Source: Anaerolineae bacterium (GTDB lineage Bacteria > Chloroflexota > Anaerolineae > DRVO01). Taken from it: a DNA stretch of 48,812 nt. How positions within the stretch are numbered: the stretch's first letter is position 1; each line of letters opens with the position of its first letter. The stretch spans positions 1 through 48,812 of the forward strand of contig JBMNTK010000003.1 of NCBI GenBank assembly GCA_050945695.1. Reading direction: 5' to 3'. Position numbers and translations under genes: made by a program. The notes beneath the pieces were generated by a model that saw nothing but the letters and a program-made list of their open reading frames with translations, did no database searches and was not told the origin of the DNA. Below, piece by piece: positions 1-7,573 of this stretch.

Positions 1-59
1 ACCAGCTTCCTGGCTGCCCAGATCCCTTCGTCCATCACGTGGACGATTCTGCACTTACC

Positions 60-764
60 TCAGGTGGTACCTTGCTCGAACAACAGATACCTGTCGTCCG
101 GGGACCACCGTGGCCAGCGGTCGTCGGCATCCATGACGGTCAGTCTCTGCTGGTTCGAGCCATCAGCGTTCATGAGGTAGATCTCGAAGTTCCCGTCCCG
201 GTTGGAGGCAAACGCCACTCGGGTACAGTCGTGGGACCAGGCCGGGTGCACGTCGTCCCCTGGCGCATCGGTGAGCGCCCGCAGGCCGGTCCCATCAGCG
301 CCGATCACGTAGATGTCCCAATCGTCCCCGGTGGTGCCGGCCAGGTTCAGGTTAGAGGCGAAGGCGATCAGTGGCGTAGTGGGGCACCAAGAAGGGGGTG
401 CCAGGCTGAAGGTGGCAGCGTCAGCTGGGGCAACGGCGAGGAGGGGGGTCACCTTCGCGCTCTCGGGGTCTATCAGCTGCATCTGGTAGTTGACCCCGTC
501 GGAGACGAAATAGGCGATCTGGCCGGGGCCCAGGTCTGAGGTGGGAGTAGCGGTGGGCTCGGTCGTGGGGGTGATGGTCGGTTCCTGGGTCGGTGGTTGG
601 CCGGTCGCGGTAGGGGCCGGCTGGGTAGTAGTAGGTGTGGGCATCCCAGGACCAGACTCCTGCGGGACGATGGGCAGGAAGATGGTCTGCTGAGCTAGCG
701 CAGCCATGGGTACCACTGCCATTGCTACTAACAAGACGACAATGATCAGCCTAATAGGCTTCAT
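60..764 (-). CDS. secreted TolB/PD40-like beta-propeller protein
   Basis: ORF 60..896 trimmed to the ATG at 764, with GGAGG 6 nt upstream (plus-strand cctcc 771-775). Signal peptide MKPIRLIIVVLLVAMAVVPMAALA, then a Pro/Thr linker, then PD40-type blades (AWSHDCTRVAFASNRDGNFEIY, RWSPDDRYLLF). Confidence 0.75.
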   Translation of the reverse strand: MKPIRLIIVVLLVAMAVVPMAALAQQTIFLPIVPQESGPGMPTPTTTQPAPTATGQPPTQEPTITPTTEPTATPTSDLGPGQIAYFVSDGVNYQMQLIDPESAKVTPLLAVAPADAATFSLAPPSWCPTTPLIAFASNLNLAGTTGDDWDIYVIGADGTGLRALTDAPGDDVHPAWSHDCTRVAFASNRDGNFEIYLMNADGSNQQRLTVMDADDRWPRWSPDDRYLLFEQGTT

Positions 765-926
765 AGCTAACCTCCATGCACCTGGTGCCGCTTGTGCAGC
801 GGCGGCTGCTCCGGGTGGCCAGTCCGGAGCACCAGCCATGGCGGGCACCTGGCCGCCGGCTGATGGCATGGGGCTTCGGTGCCCGCCGACCGGCATGCCA
901 GAGCCGGTCGCTCTGGCATGGAGACA

Positions 927-2213
927 TTACTTGGGGGACCAGGACGGGCAGTGATAGGCAAACAGATCGTCGGTGGTAACCCGCTGCAGACCGGTTCCGT
1001 CGGGGGCCATGGTGTAGATCTGCGGCTGAGCGTTGCCCGGGCGCAACGACGAGAAGGCGATCCGATCCCCGCCGGGCGACCAGGAGGGACAACGGTCGTC
1101 GCCGGGGTTATCCGCCGTTAGCTTCACGGCACCGCTCAGGTCGTTATCGGAGCGGGTCAGGTCCAGGGCGCTGGCAGCAATCTTGTAGATGTCCCAGCCG
1201 CCCTCGTCCTCGTAGGCGAAGAGCAGCGTTTGCCCGTCCGGTGACCAGTCGAATCCCAGGTAGTTGCCCTCCGGCAGCAGAGGATGAGGGTTGGAGCCGT
1301 CTGCACCCATGACGTACGTCTGGACGCCCGAGTCGCTGACGTGCTGGTAGATGATGTAGTTGCTATCCGGGGACCAGACGGGGTTGAGCTGCAGGTTCTC
1401 TGGGTCGTTGGTAAGGTTCCGCTCGTTCTTCCCATCAACATCCATGACGAAGACATCGAAGTCCGTCGGTTCGCTGGGCCGGTGGGACACGAAGGCAGCC
1501 TTAGTACCATCCGGCGACCAAACCAGGTGAATGTCAGCAGCGGCACGCCTGAGCCTCACCTGTATCTTGCCGTCGGCCGGCACCAAGCCGTAGACGTTCC
1601 AGTCTCCGCTGTAGTCCCCCTTGATGGTGAGGTTGGAGGAGAAGGCAACCAGGCTACTGGTCACGTCCCAAGAGGGCTGGCCCAGCCACGGGTGACTGAC
1701 ATTGGTGCCTTCGATGACCGGGGCGGAGTAACGACCCATCTCTCCGCTGGTCATGTCCTTCACGTACAGCCTGACCCTAGGGGTGACCTCCGGCCCCGGC
1801 TCGGCTGGCGCGCCGTAATAGGCCAGCGCATTGTAGACCGGCCTGGGTGTGCTGGTGGCGGTGGGGATGGGGGTCGCGCTGGTCACGGTCTCGGGAGATG
1901 TGGTGACCGTCGGCGTGATGGTGGTCGTTACGGTAGTCGTGATCGTAGTCGTGGGCGTGATGGTGACGGTGGTTGTGGTCGTGGGGGTAATGGTCGTGGT
2001 GGTAGTGACGGTAGTCGTGACGGTACCGGTCACGGTAGGAGTGAGGGTGGGCGCACCTACCACCGTCCCAGTGACCGTAGGCGTCGGGGCGACCGAATCG
2101 TGGTTGCGCATGACGAGAGGCAGATACTGGTCCTGGGGCTGAGCCATGACCGCAAGCGGAAGCACGGCAATGCCCATTAGGAGAGCAAAGAGCAGGAGAT
2201 GGCGATGCTTCAT
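927..2213 (-). CDS. secreted TolB/PD40-like beta-propeller protein with Thr-rich stalk
   Basis: ATG at 2213 with GGAGG 5 nt upstream. Signal peptide MKHRHLLLFALLMGIAVLPLAVMA, a ~70-aa T/V/I/P low-complexity linker, then repeated blades (VWSPDGTKAAFV, VWSPDSNYIIY, DWSPDGQTLLFA, SWSPGGDRIAFS). Confidence 0.8.
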   Translation of the reverse strand: MKHRHLLLFALLMGIAVLPLAVMAQPQDQYLPLVMRNHDSVAPTPTVTGTVVGAPTLTPTVTGTVTTTVTTTTTITPTTTTTVTITPTTTITTTVTTTITPTVTTSPETVTSATPIPTATSTPRPVYNALAYYGAPAEPGPEVTPRVRLYVKDMTSGEMGRYSAPVIEGTNVSHPWLGQPSWDVTSSLVAFSSNLTIKGDYSGDWNVYGLVPADGKIQVRLRRAAADIHLVWSPDGTKAAFVSHRPSEPTDFDVFVMDVDGKNERNLTNDPENLQLNPVWSPDSNYIIYQHVSDSGVQTYVMGADGSNPHPLLPEGNYLGFDWSPDGQTLLFAYEDEGGWDIYKIAASALDLTRSDNDLSGAVKLTADNPGDDRCPSWSPGGDRIAFSSLRPGNAQPQIYTMAPDGTGLQRVTTDDLFAYHCPSWSPK

Positions 2214-2390
2214 AACGGCCTCCTAACGTTAGAAACCAGAATCACATATCCCGGCTATCCTGCCACAAGGTCACATTACTGTAAAGTGGGATATACTCAT
2301 TTGATGGGCAGGATCTGAGGGCGCATTCCCGTTCCTGATCGCGGGCCTAAGGCGACTCGGACGACGTTACCGCCAGCGCGCACCTCTGGT

Positions 2391-3176
2391 ATGATGGGGC
2401 TACGTGTTGTCAGTGTTAATTCAGCAGTGAGGTTAGGTCGCGTGGTAGAGTCCGGGCAGATACGAGTGGGCACCTCCGGCTGGCACTACAGCCACTGGGT
2501 GGGGCTCTTCTACCCCGAGACTATGGCCCCGGAGGACTACCTCGCCTTCTACGCTTCCCGGTTCGACACCGTGGAGATCAACAACACCTTCTATCACCTT
2601 CCCACCGAGGCCGCCGTCCTTGGGTGGCGCCGGTCCGCTCCCCCCGGGTTCATCTTTGCCGTCAAGGCGAGCCGGTACATCACCCACTTCAGGAAGCTCA
2701 AGGACCCCGATGAGCCGCTGGCCAACGTCATCGGCCGGGCCCAACTGCTCGAGGATCGCCTTGGGCCCATTCTCTTTCAGCTCCCGCCGCGCTGGCACTT
2801 CAACCCCGATCGGTTGGCCTCCTTCCTGGCTGCTCTGCCACCCGGCCACCGCTACGCGCTGGAGTTCCGCGACCCCAGCTGGCTGGACGAGCAGGCCTAC
2901 TCCCTCATGCGCGAGCACGGCGTCGCCCTGTGCATCCACGACTCGGGCGGCCATTGGTGGCCCCAGGTCCTGACGGCGAGCTTCGTCTACCTGCGATTCC
3001 ACGGACCGGATGGCCGCTACGAGGGCCACTACCGGACGGACGAGCTCTCCGGCTGGGCGGCCACGTTTCGGAGCTGGGCCGAGGAGGGCAGGGATGTCTA
3101 TGCCTACTTCAACAACGACTGGCAGGGCCACGCTCTCCGAGACGCCACGGAACTCCGGGAGCATCTCTCCCGCTAG
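2391..3176 (+). CDS. DUF72 (UPF0759/YecE-like) family protein
   Basis: Motifs IRVGTSGWHYSHWVGLFYP and FYASRFDTVEINNTFYHLP. The start is uncertain because ATG 2391 lies inside a TGgTATGAT extended -10-like element. GTG at 2442 (GAGG 9 nt upstream) would give the short N-terminus typical of the family. Confidence 0.75.
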   Translation: MMGLRVVSVNSAVRLGRVVESGQIRVGTSGWHYSHWVGLFYPETMAPEDYLAFYASRFDTVEINNTFYHLPTEAAVLGWRRSAPPGFIFAVKASRYITHFRKLKDPDEPLANVIGRAQLLEDRLGPILFQLPPRWHFNPDRLASFLAALPPGHRYALEFRDPSWLDEQAYSLMREHGVALCIHDSGGHWWPQVLTASFVYLRFHGPDGRYEGHYRTDELSGWAATFRSWAEEGRDVYAYFNNDWQGHALRDATELREHLSR

Positions 3177-3364
3177 GCGAGCCAGACGAATGAGCCCCGG
3201 CGGAGAGAGTCTCTCCCGGGGCTCGGGGCCAAGCGGCAGCTTCTGCCGGCCGCTAGCCGGCGGCGATGCGGCTGGGCGCCTTTCACCCGCCACTTGCCTC
3301 GAGCGCCATCAACCCCGACAATCGGGCTGGAAAGCCAAGTTAGCTCAGCAGAAATCTCGCAGGA

Positions 3365-3865
3365 GTGGCTGTGCAGTACTGTCCGTACCTGTCTCCGTAC
3401 CTCGGCCTTATCTTCGCCGGCTTCTGGCGGCGGCTCATCGCAGCCGTTGTGGACCTGCTTCTGGTGCTGTTTGCCAGCTTCGTGCTCGTGCTGATCGTCT
3501 CGCCGGTCCTGCTGGCGGCGCCCGCCTCTCTGGAGCGGTTCTTTGCCAGTGAGTACGTCAGCTTCGCCCTCGTGGGGGCCTACCTGGTGTTGGGGTGGTT
3601 GTACTTCGCGGGGTTCGAGGCCTCGGAAAGCCAGGCTACCATCGGCAAGACGGCCCTGGGCATCATGGTGAGCGATCTGCGCGGGGACAGGGTCGGGTTT
3701 GGCAGGGCTAGCCTGCGTTACCTGGGCAAGCTGATTAGCTTGCTGACCCTGGGGATCGGGTTCCTGATCATGCTGCGTCATCCCCGCAAGCAGGCGCTTC
3801 ACGACCGGATTGCGGGCACGGTGGTGATAATCAACCTCAGCTCGCCGCTGATCGGCCCTGTCTAG
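3365..3865 (+). CDS. RDD family membrane protein
   Basis: GTG start overlapping AGGAG. FAGFWRRLIAAVVDLLLV, several hydrophobic helices, and C-terminal KQALHDRIAGTVV typical of the RDD domain. Confidence 0.75.
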   Translation: MAVQYCPYLSPYLGLIFAGFWRRLIAAVVDLLLVLFASFVLVLIVSPVLLAAPASLERFFASEYVSFALVGAYLVLGWLYFAGFEASESQATIGKTALGIMVSDLRGDRVGFGRASLRYLGKLISLLTLGIGFLIMLRHPRKQALHDRIAGTVVIINLSSPLIGPV

Positions 3866-3869
3866 GCAC

Positions 3870-4472
3870 TCAGTCGTTCCCGTCTGAGTTGGCCCTTCTG
3901 GCGGCCAGCTGATCTTCGATGTCCTCTAGCCGCGTCTCGACCCGGCGGATGCGGGCGCTGATCTCCTTCAACTCGGGCTCCAGGCGCTGCTCCACGCCGT
4001 GTTTGCGAGACTCGGTGATCCCCCGGACGACGTAGAAGGCGCCCCGACCCACCAAGTAGGCCGCTATGGCCAGGGGGACGAGGGACGGGTTGCCCATGAG
4101 GGCCGCTGCCACCAGCAGCACAACCGCCACCACCGCCCCCACTCCCGCCAAGCGCAGGTCCCAACGGGTCTCATAGGTGGCCTTATCCGCCTCGATACGG
4201 TCCCGCAGGCTCTGGCGCTCTCGCAGGAGCTGAGTCAGCTCTGACCAGGCGCTCTCGTACTCAAGCCGCAGCACATCTCCGCTGGCGGCCATCTGAACGG
4301 CCACGCTCTCGGCCAGCAGCCGCCCGGAGGCACCTTGGGCTAACTTCAGGGCGGCCTCACAGTACTGGCAGTAGGCGTAACGGTCCTCGCCCTCAGCGTG
4401 CAGCAGCTCCCCACACACCGGGCACTGCAACACGTGGGCGGGGGGCACGCTCGGTTCCCTGCTCTCAGCCAT
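3870..4472 (-). CDS. hypothetical zinc-ribbon / coiled-coil membrane protein
   Basis: ORF 3870..4526 trimmed to ATG 4472 (AGGAG upstream). CPVC...CQYC ribbon, a heptad-like charged segment, two hydrophobic helices (LAGVGAVVAVVLLVAAALMG, LVPLAIAAYLVG) and a C-terminal charged helix. Confidence 0.55.
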   Translation of the reverse strand: MAESREPSVPPAHVLQCPVCGELLHAEGEDRYAYCQYCEAALKLAQGASGRLLAESVAVQMAASGDVLRLEYESAWSELTQLLRERQSLRDRIEADKATYETRWDLRLAGVGAVVAVVLLVAAALMGNPSLVPLAIAAYLVGRGAFYVVRGITESRKHGVEQRLEPELKEISARIRRVETRLEDIEDQLAARRANSDGND

Positions 4473-4532
4473 GGCTTGCTCCTGGTGGACAGAGCGGGCG
4501 AGCCCGATGCCTATCCCTCTATCCACTCCTCA

Positions 4533-5225
4533 CTAACTACTGTCTCCTAACCCGTACCGCTCCAGCATCTTCTCGTTGAACGGAGCGCGCCGGCCCGGGC
4601 ATTCCTCGCGGGGGCAGAGCATGCAGTTCTCGTAGCTGTCCTCGGTGGGGAAGAGGATCCCCGAGACGGACTTCGCGGGCAGCATGAGGAAGCTCTCCGT
4701 CAGGCGCACGCCCACGGCCCCCTCCACATCCCCGAGGAGGGCAAACAAGGGGGCTTGCTGCTGCAGGGGCCAGTCCTCAAGTGACCCCGGGCTCATGCGT
4801 GAGACCTTCCCCGGGCGGAACCGCTCTTGGACGTCCGCATCCAGGGCTCGGCGGGCAGCAGCAAGGGCCTGCTCCTGCACTGCCTCAGCCCAGAAGCGCT
4901 CCAGCAGGTCAGCCTTGGAGTTGGCCCACTGCTCCAGTTCCGTCCCACAGGTAGCCACGTAGGGAAACACGCGGTAGGCCTGCTCGAGGTTCACCACCAT
5001 CACCCGGCTTTCGAACGTGACGTTCTCGACCTGTACCTTGCCGTCTCCCTTGGCGCCCACCGCCGCCAGGGCATAGACGGCCTTGGGACGAGCCAGGGCC
5101 TGGCCCTCCAAGGCAATACGGCGCACGTCCTCGGTGAAGGGGCTGTCTGGCTGCATCCGCAGCCGACGGTACAGAGCCTCCAGGTCTACCTCGAAGCTGA
5201 TCTCATCCAACAGAATGGTCTGCAT
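4533..5225 (-). CDS. standalone methionine-synthase activation-domain-like protein (Met_synt_B12 family)
   Basis: SRMSPGSLEDWPLQQQAPLFALLGD and VRLTESFLMLPAKSVSGILFP resemble the AdoMet-binding reactivation domain of MetH. Length is ~230 aa, as in standalone members. Confidence 0.6.
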   Translation of the reverse strand: MQTILLDEISFEVDLEALYRRLRMQPDSPFTEDVRRIALEGQALARPKAVYALAAVGAKGDGKVQVENVTFESRVMVVNLEQAYRVFPYVATCGTELEQWANSKADLLERFWAEAVQEQALAAARRALDADVQERFRPGKVSRMSPGSLEDWPLQQQAPLFALLGDVEGAVGVRLTESFLMLPAKSVSGILFPTEDSYENCMLCPREECPGRRAPFNEKMLERYGLGDSS

Positions 5226-5390
5226 GTGCTCCTACTCGCGCCGGGGTCAGGCCGGCTTTGGGTGTATCACTGCTTCCCGTGATTCTCTCACCGGTACGGT
5301 GTATGATAGCACCAAGCGACCGGTTGGGGGAAAGCCCCCGGCCGAGCTTCGCATCATCAGGACACTGAGCCGCCACGCTAGGGGGCATGC

Positions 5391-6716
5391 ATGCGACCGA
5401 CCAAGATAGTCATCATTGGGGCAGCCAGCGCCAGCTTCGGCCCCGCCATGATCGCCGACGCCGTCCTCACCCCAGGCCTGCAGGGTAGCACCCTGACGCT
5501 GGTGGACGTGGATGGCCCCCGGCTGGCCACCGTGGCGGCCTACGCCCGCCAGGTCAACCGGGCCACAGGCGCCGGTCTGCTCATCGAGCACACGACGGAC
5601 CGAGAGGAGGCCCTGCCAGGGGCGGAGTTCGTCATCATCTCCATAGCGGTGCGGCGCAACGAGCTGTGGAAGCTCGACTTCAGCATCCCCCTGAAGCACG
5701 GCATCCGCCAGGTCCTGGGCGAAAACGGAGGTCCGGGCGGCCTCTCCCACGCCCTGCGCAACATCCCTATCGTCCTGGACATCGCCCGGGACGTAGAGCG
5801 GCTGGCCCCCGACGCCCTGGTGATGAGCTTCACCAACCCGGAGAGCCGCATCTGCCTGGCCCTCACCCGCTACACCGACCTCAAGGTCGTGGGGCTATGC
5901 CACGGCATCGGCATGGGCTACCAGAGCCTCTCCCGCATCACCGGCATCCCGGCCGACGACCTGATCGGGGTAGCGGCGGGGCTCAACCACTTCTCCTGGT
6001 TCCTGGATATCCGCCGCAGCACCGGCGAGGACCTGTACCCCCTGCTGCGGGAGAAGGAGGCCGAGTTCGACCCCGGCTACCTCCCCCTGACCCGCAAGCT
6101 CTTCCGGGCATTCGGCCTCTACCCCCACCCCAGCGACGACCACATCGGCGAGTATCTGCCATATGCCTGGGAGTACTGCGGCCTAGAGGGCTACGACTTC
6201 GACCGGGCGGAGCGGTGGCGGGAGACTGCCTGGCGGCACCTGACCGAGGTGGCGCGAGGAGAGCGGCCGGTGCCCCTGCCCGAGGAACTGGGCGGGTCGG
6301 CTGAGGAGCGGCTGGAGGACCCGCACCTGCGGCTCCACCGGTCCGGGGAGCTGGCCTTCCCCATCATCCACTCCGTGCTGGAGAACAGCCACGACTTCAT
6401 CGAGGCGGTGAACATCCCCAACCGGGGGCTGGTCGAGGGGCTGCCCGACTGGGCGGTGGTGGAGGTGCCGGCCGTGGCCGGGGCGGATGGCGTGCGAGGG
6501 ATACAGGTGGGGTCGCTGCCGCGGGGAATCACGGCTCTGCTCAACACGCAGGTGCGCGTGCAGGACCTGGTCGTGGAGGCGGCGGTGCATGGCTCCCGAG
6601 AGCTAGCGTTGCAGGCCCTGCTGGAGGACCCGGTGGTCGGGAGTGTCGAGGCGGCCGAGAAGACGCTGGACGAGCTGCTGGCCGTGCACGCCCCGTACCT
6701 CAGGATGAAGGACTGA
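5391..6716 (+). CDS. glycoside hydrolase family 4 (NAD/Mn-dependent alpha-glucosidase/galactosidase-like)
   Basis: N-terminal KIVIIGAASASFG dinucleotide fold, FTNPESRICLAL, and the VVGLCHG motif. Size ~440 aa. Confidence 0.85.
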   Translation: MRPTKIVIIGAASASFGPAMIADAVLTPGLQGSTLTLVDVDGPRLATVAAYARQVNRATGAGLLIEHTTDREEALPGAEFVIISIAVRRNELWKLDFSIPLKHGIRQVLGENGGPGGLSHALRNIPIVLDIARDVERLAPDALVMSFTNPESRICLALTRYTDLKVVGLCHGIGMGYQSLSRITGIPADDLIGVAAGLNHFSWFLDIRRSTGEDLYPLLREKEAEFDPGYLPLTRKLFRAFGLYPHPSDDHIGEYLPYAWEYCGLEGYDFDRAERWRETAWRHLTEVARGERPVPLPEELGGSAEERLEDPHLRLHRSGELAFPIIHSVLENSHDFIEAVNIPNRGLVEGLPDWAVVEVPAVAGADGVRGIQVGSLPRGITALLNTQVRVQDLVVEAAVHGSRELALQALLEDPVVGSVEAAEKTLDELLAVHAPYLRMKD

Positions 6717-6730
6717 TCCGCGCCGACGGA

Positions 6731-6770
6731 GCGCAGGATGACCCCGACGGCTGTCGGCGTCATCCTGCGC
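6731..6770. terminator. long GC-rich hairpin between convergent genes
   Basis: gcgcaggatgac c ccgac ggct gtcgg c gtcatcctgcgc gives 12 + 5 bp of perfect pairing around one C.C mismatch. It starts 15 nt after the GH4 stop. There is no U-tract. Confidence 0.45.
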
Positions 6771-6800
6771 CCAGATGTAACCCGTTAGCCGAGAACCTGG

Positions 6801-7430
6801 CTACGTCACCCGGATCCAGGCTTCGCCCCGGCGTTTCTCCAGATGGTCTTCCACCTGCCTGTCAGGCATGGCCCGCATTCTCTTGACCTTGCCGTTGGGC
6901 TGTCGGATGTAGGCGAAGGCGATGTCAGTCAGGTGACTGTCCTCGTAGTCGCCGACTTCAACTCTCTCGGTGCGGATCTCCATTATCTCACCGGACCAGG
7001 ATTGGCCCAGGGACACCAGCATAATCACCAGGCTGGGCGCGGCCGCCAGGCGAACGCCCAGAAGCGCCTCGGGCTCCTCCGGCTCCAGCACGAAGCGGAC
7101 CAGGCCTCCGATGGCTATCCATGTTACGGCTCAGATGAAAAGGTACGTCCCCAGCTTGCCGCGGCCCTTGCTCTCGCCGGTCACCGGGGCCGCGGCCAGC
7201 GCGGGCGCAGCGCTCGCAGCAACGACAGCGCCACCGCCGCTCAGCGCGGCGCCGCTCCCCGGGCAGAACTGGGCTCCCTCGGGAATCGAGCCACCACACG
7301 ATGGGCATGATGGGCTGACGGCCTGCGGAGCGACCCTGCAGTCCACGCAGAAGCGGCCCAGCGCCGGATACTCCGACCCGCACTTGGGGGAGCGATGGGT
7401 GGACGGGCGGCTGGTACGGATCTCAGGCAC
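6801..7430 (-). pseudogene. double zinc-ribbon membrane protein interrupted by an in-frame TGA (7131-7133)
   Basis: ORFs 7131..7430 and 6801..7091 are in the same frame. Reading through gives ...GKLGTYLFI*AVTWIAIGGLVRFVLEPEE..., a single hydrophobic helix cut by the stop. Both ribbons lack one Cys (SPKC...CVDC and CPSC...CPGSG). Confidence 0.45.
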
Positions 7431-7573
7431 GGGGTCACCTCGACAGAGGGGTCAGGATGTGGAGCGGGGGCAGTATCGCCACGTTGGCGGTTCTCGACAA
7501 GCGCACCGGCTCGACCCTCCACGGTCCTGAGCCCTGATTACGTCCTCAGGGCCCTCCTCTGCTAAGCTTAGCC

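Noticed and set aside
1-59. Possible start of another minus-strand gene running off the left edge (GTG/ATG at 33-38, MDEGIWAARKL...).
   Set aside because: Only ~11 codons are visible, so it cannot be supported. ORF 39..539 on the plus strand is antisense to the propeller gene and was also rejected.
5226-5390. Possible cobalamin or SAM riboswitch upstream of the MetH-activation-domain gene.
   Set aside because: I could not find a B12 box (GCCACTG-like core) or SAM-I/II consensus elements on the relevant strand, only short generic hairpins. A cmscan would be needed to revisit this.
7131-7133. Selenocysteine or another programmed recoding of the in-frame TGA.
   Set aside because: The codon sits in the middle of a hydrophobic membrane helix. 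There is no redox motif around it and no obvious SECIS-like hairpin immediately downstream, so pseudogenisation or a sequence error is more parsimonious.
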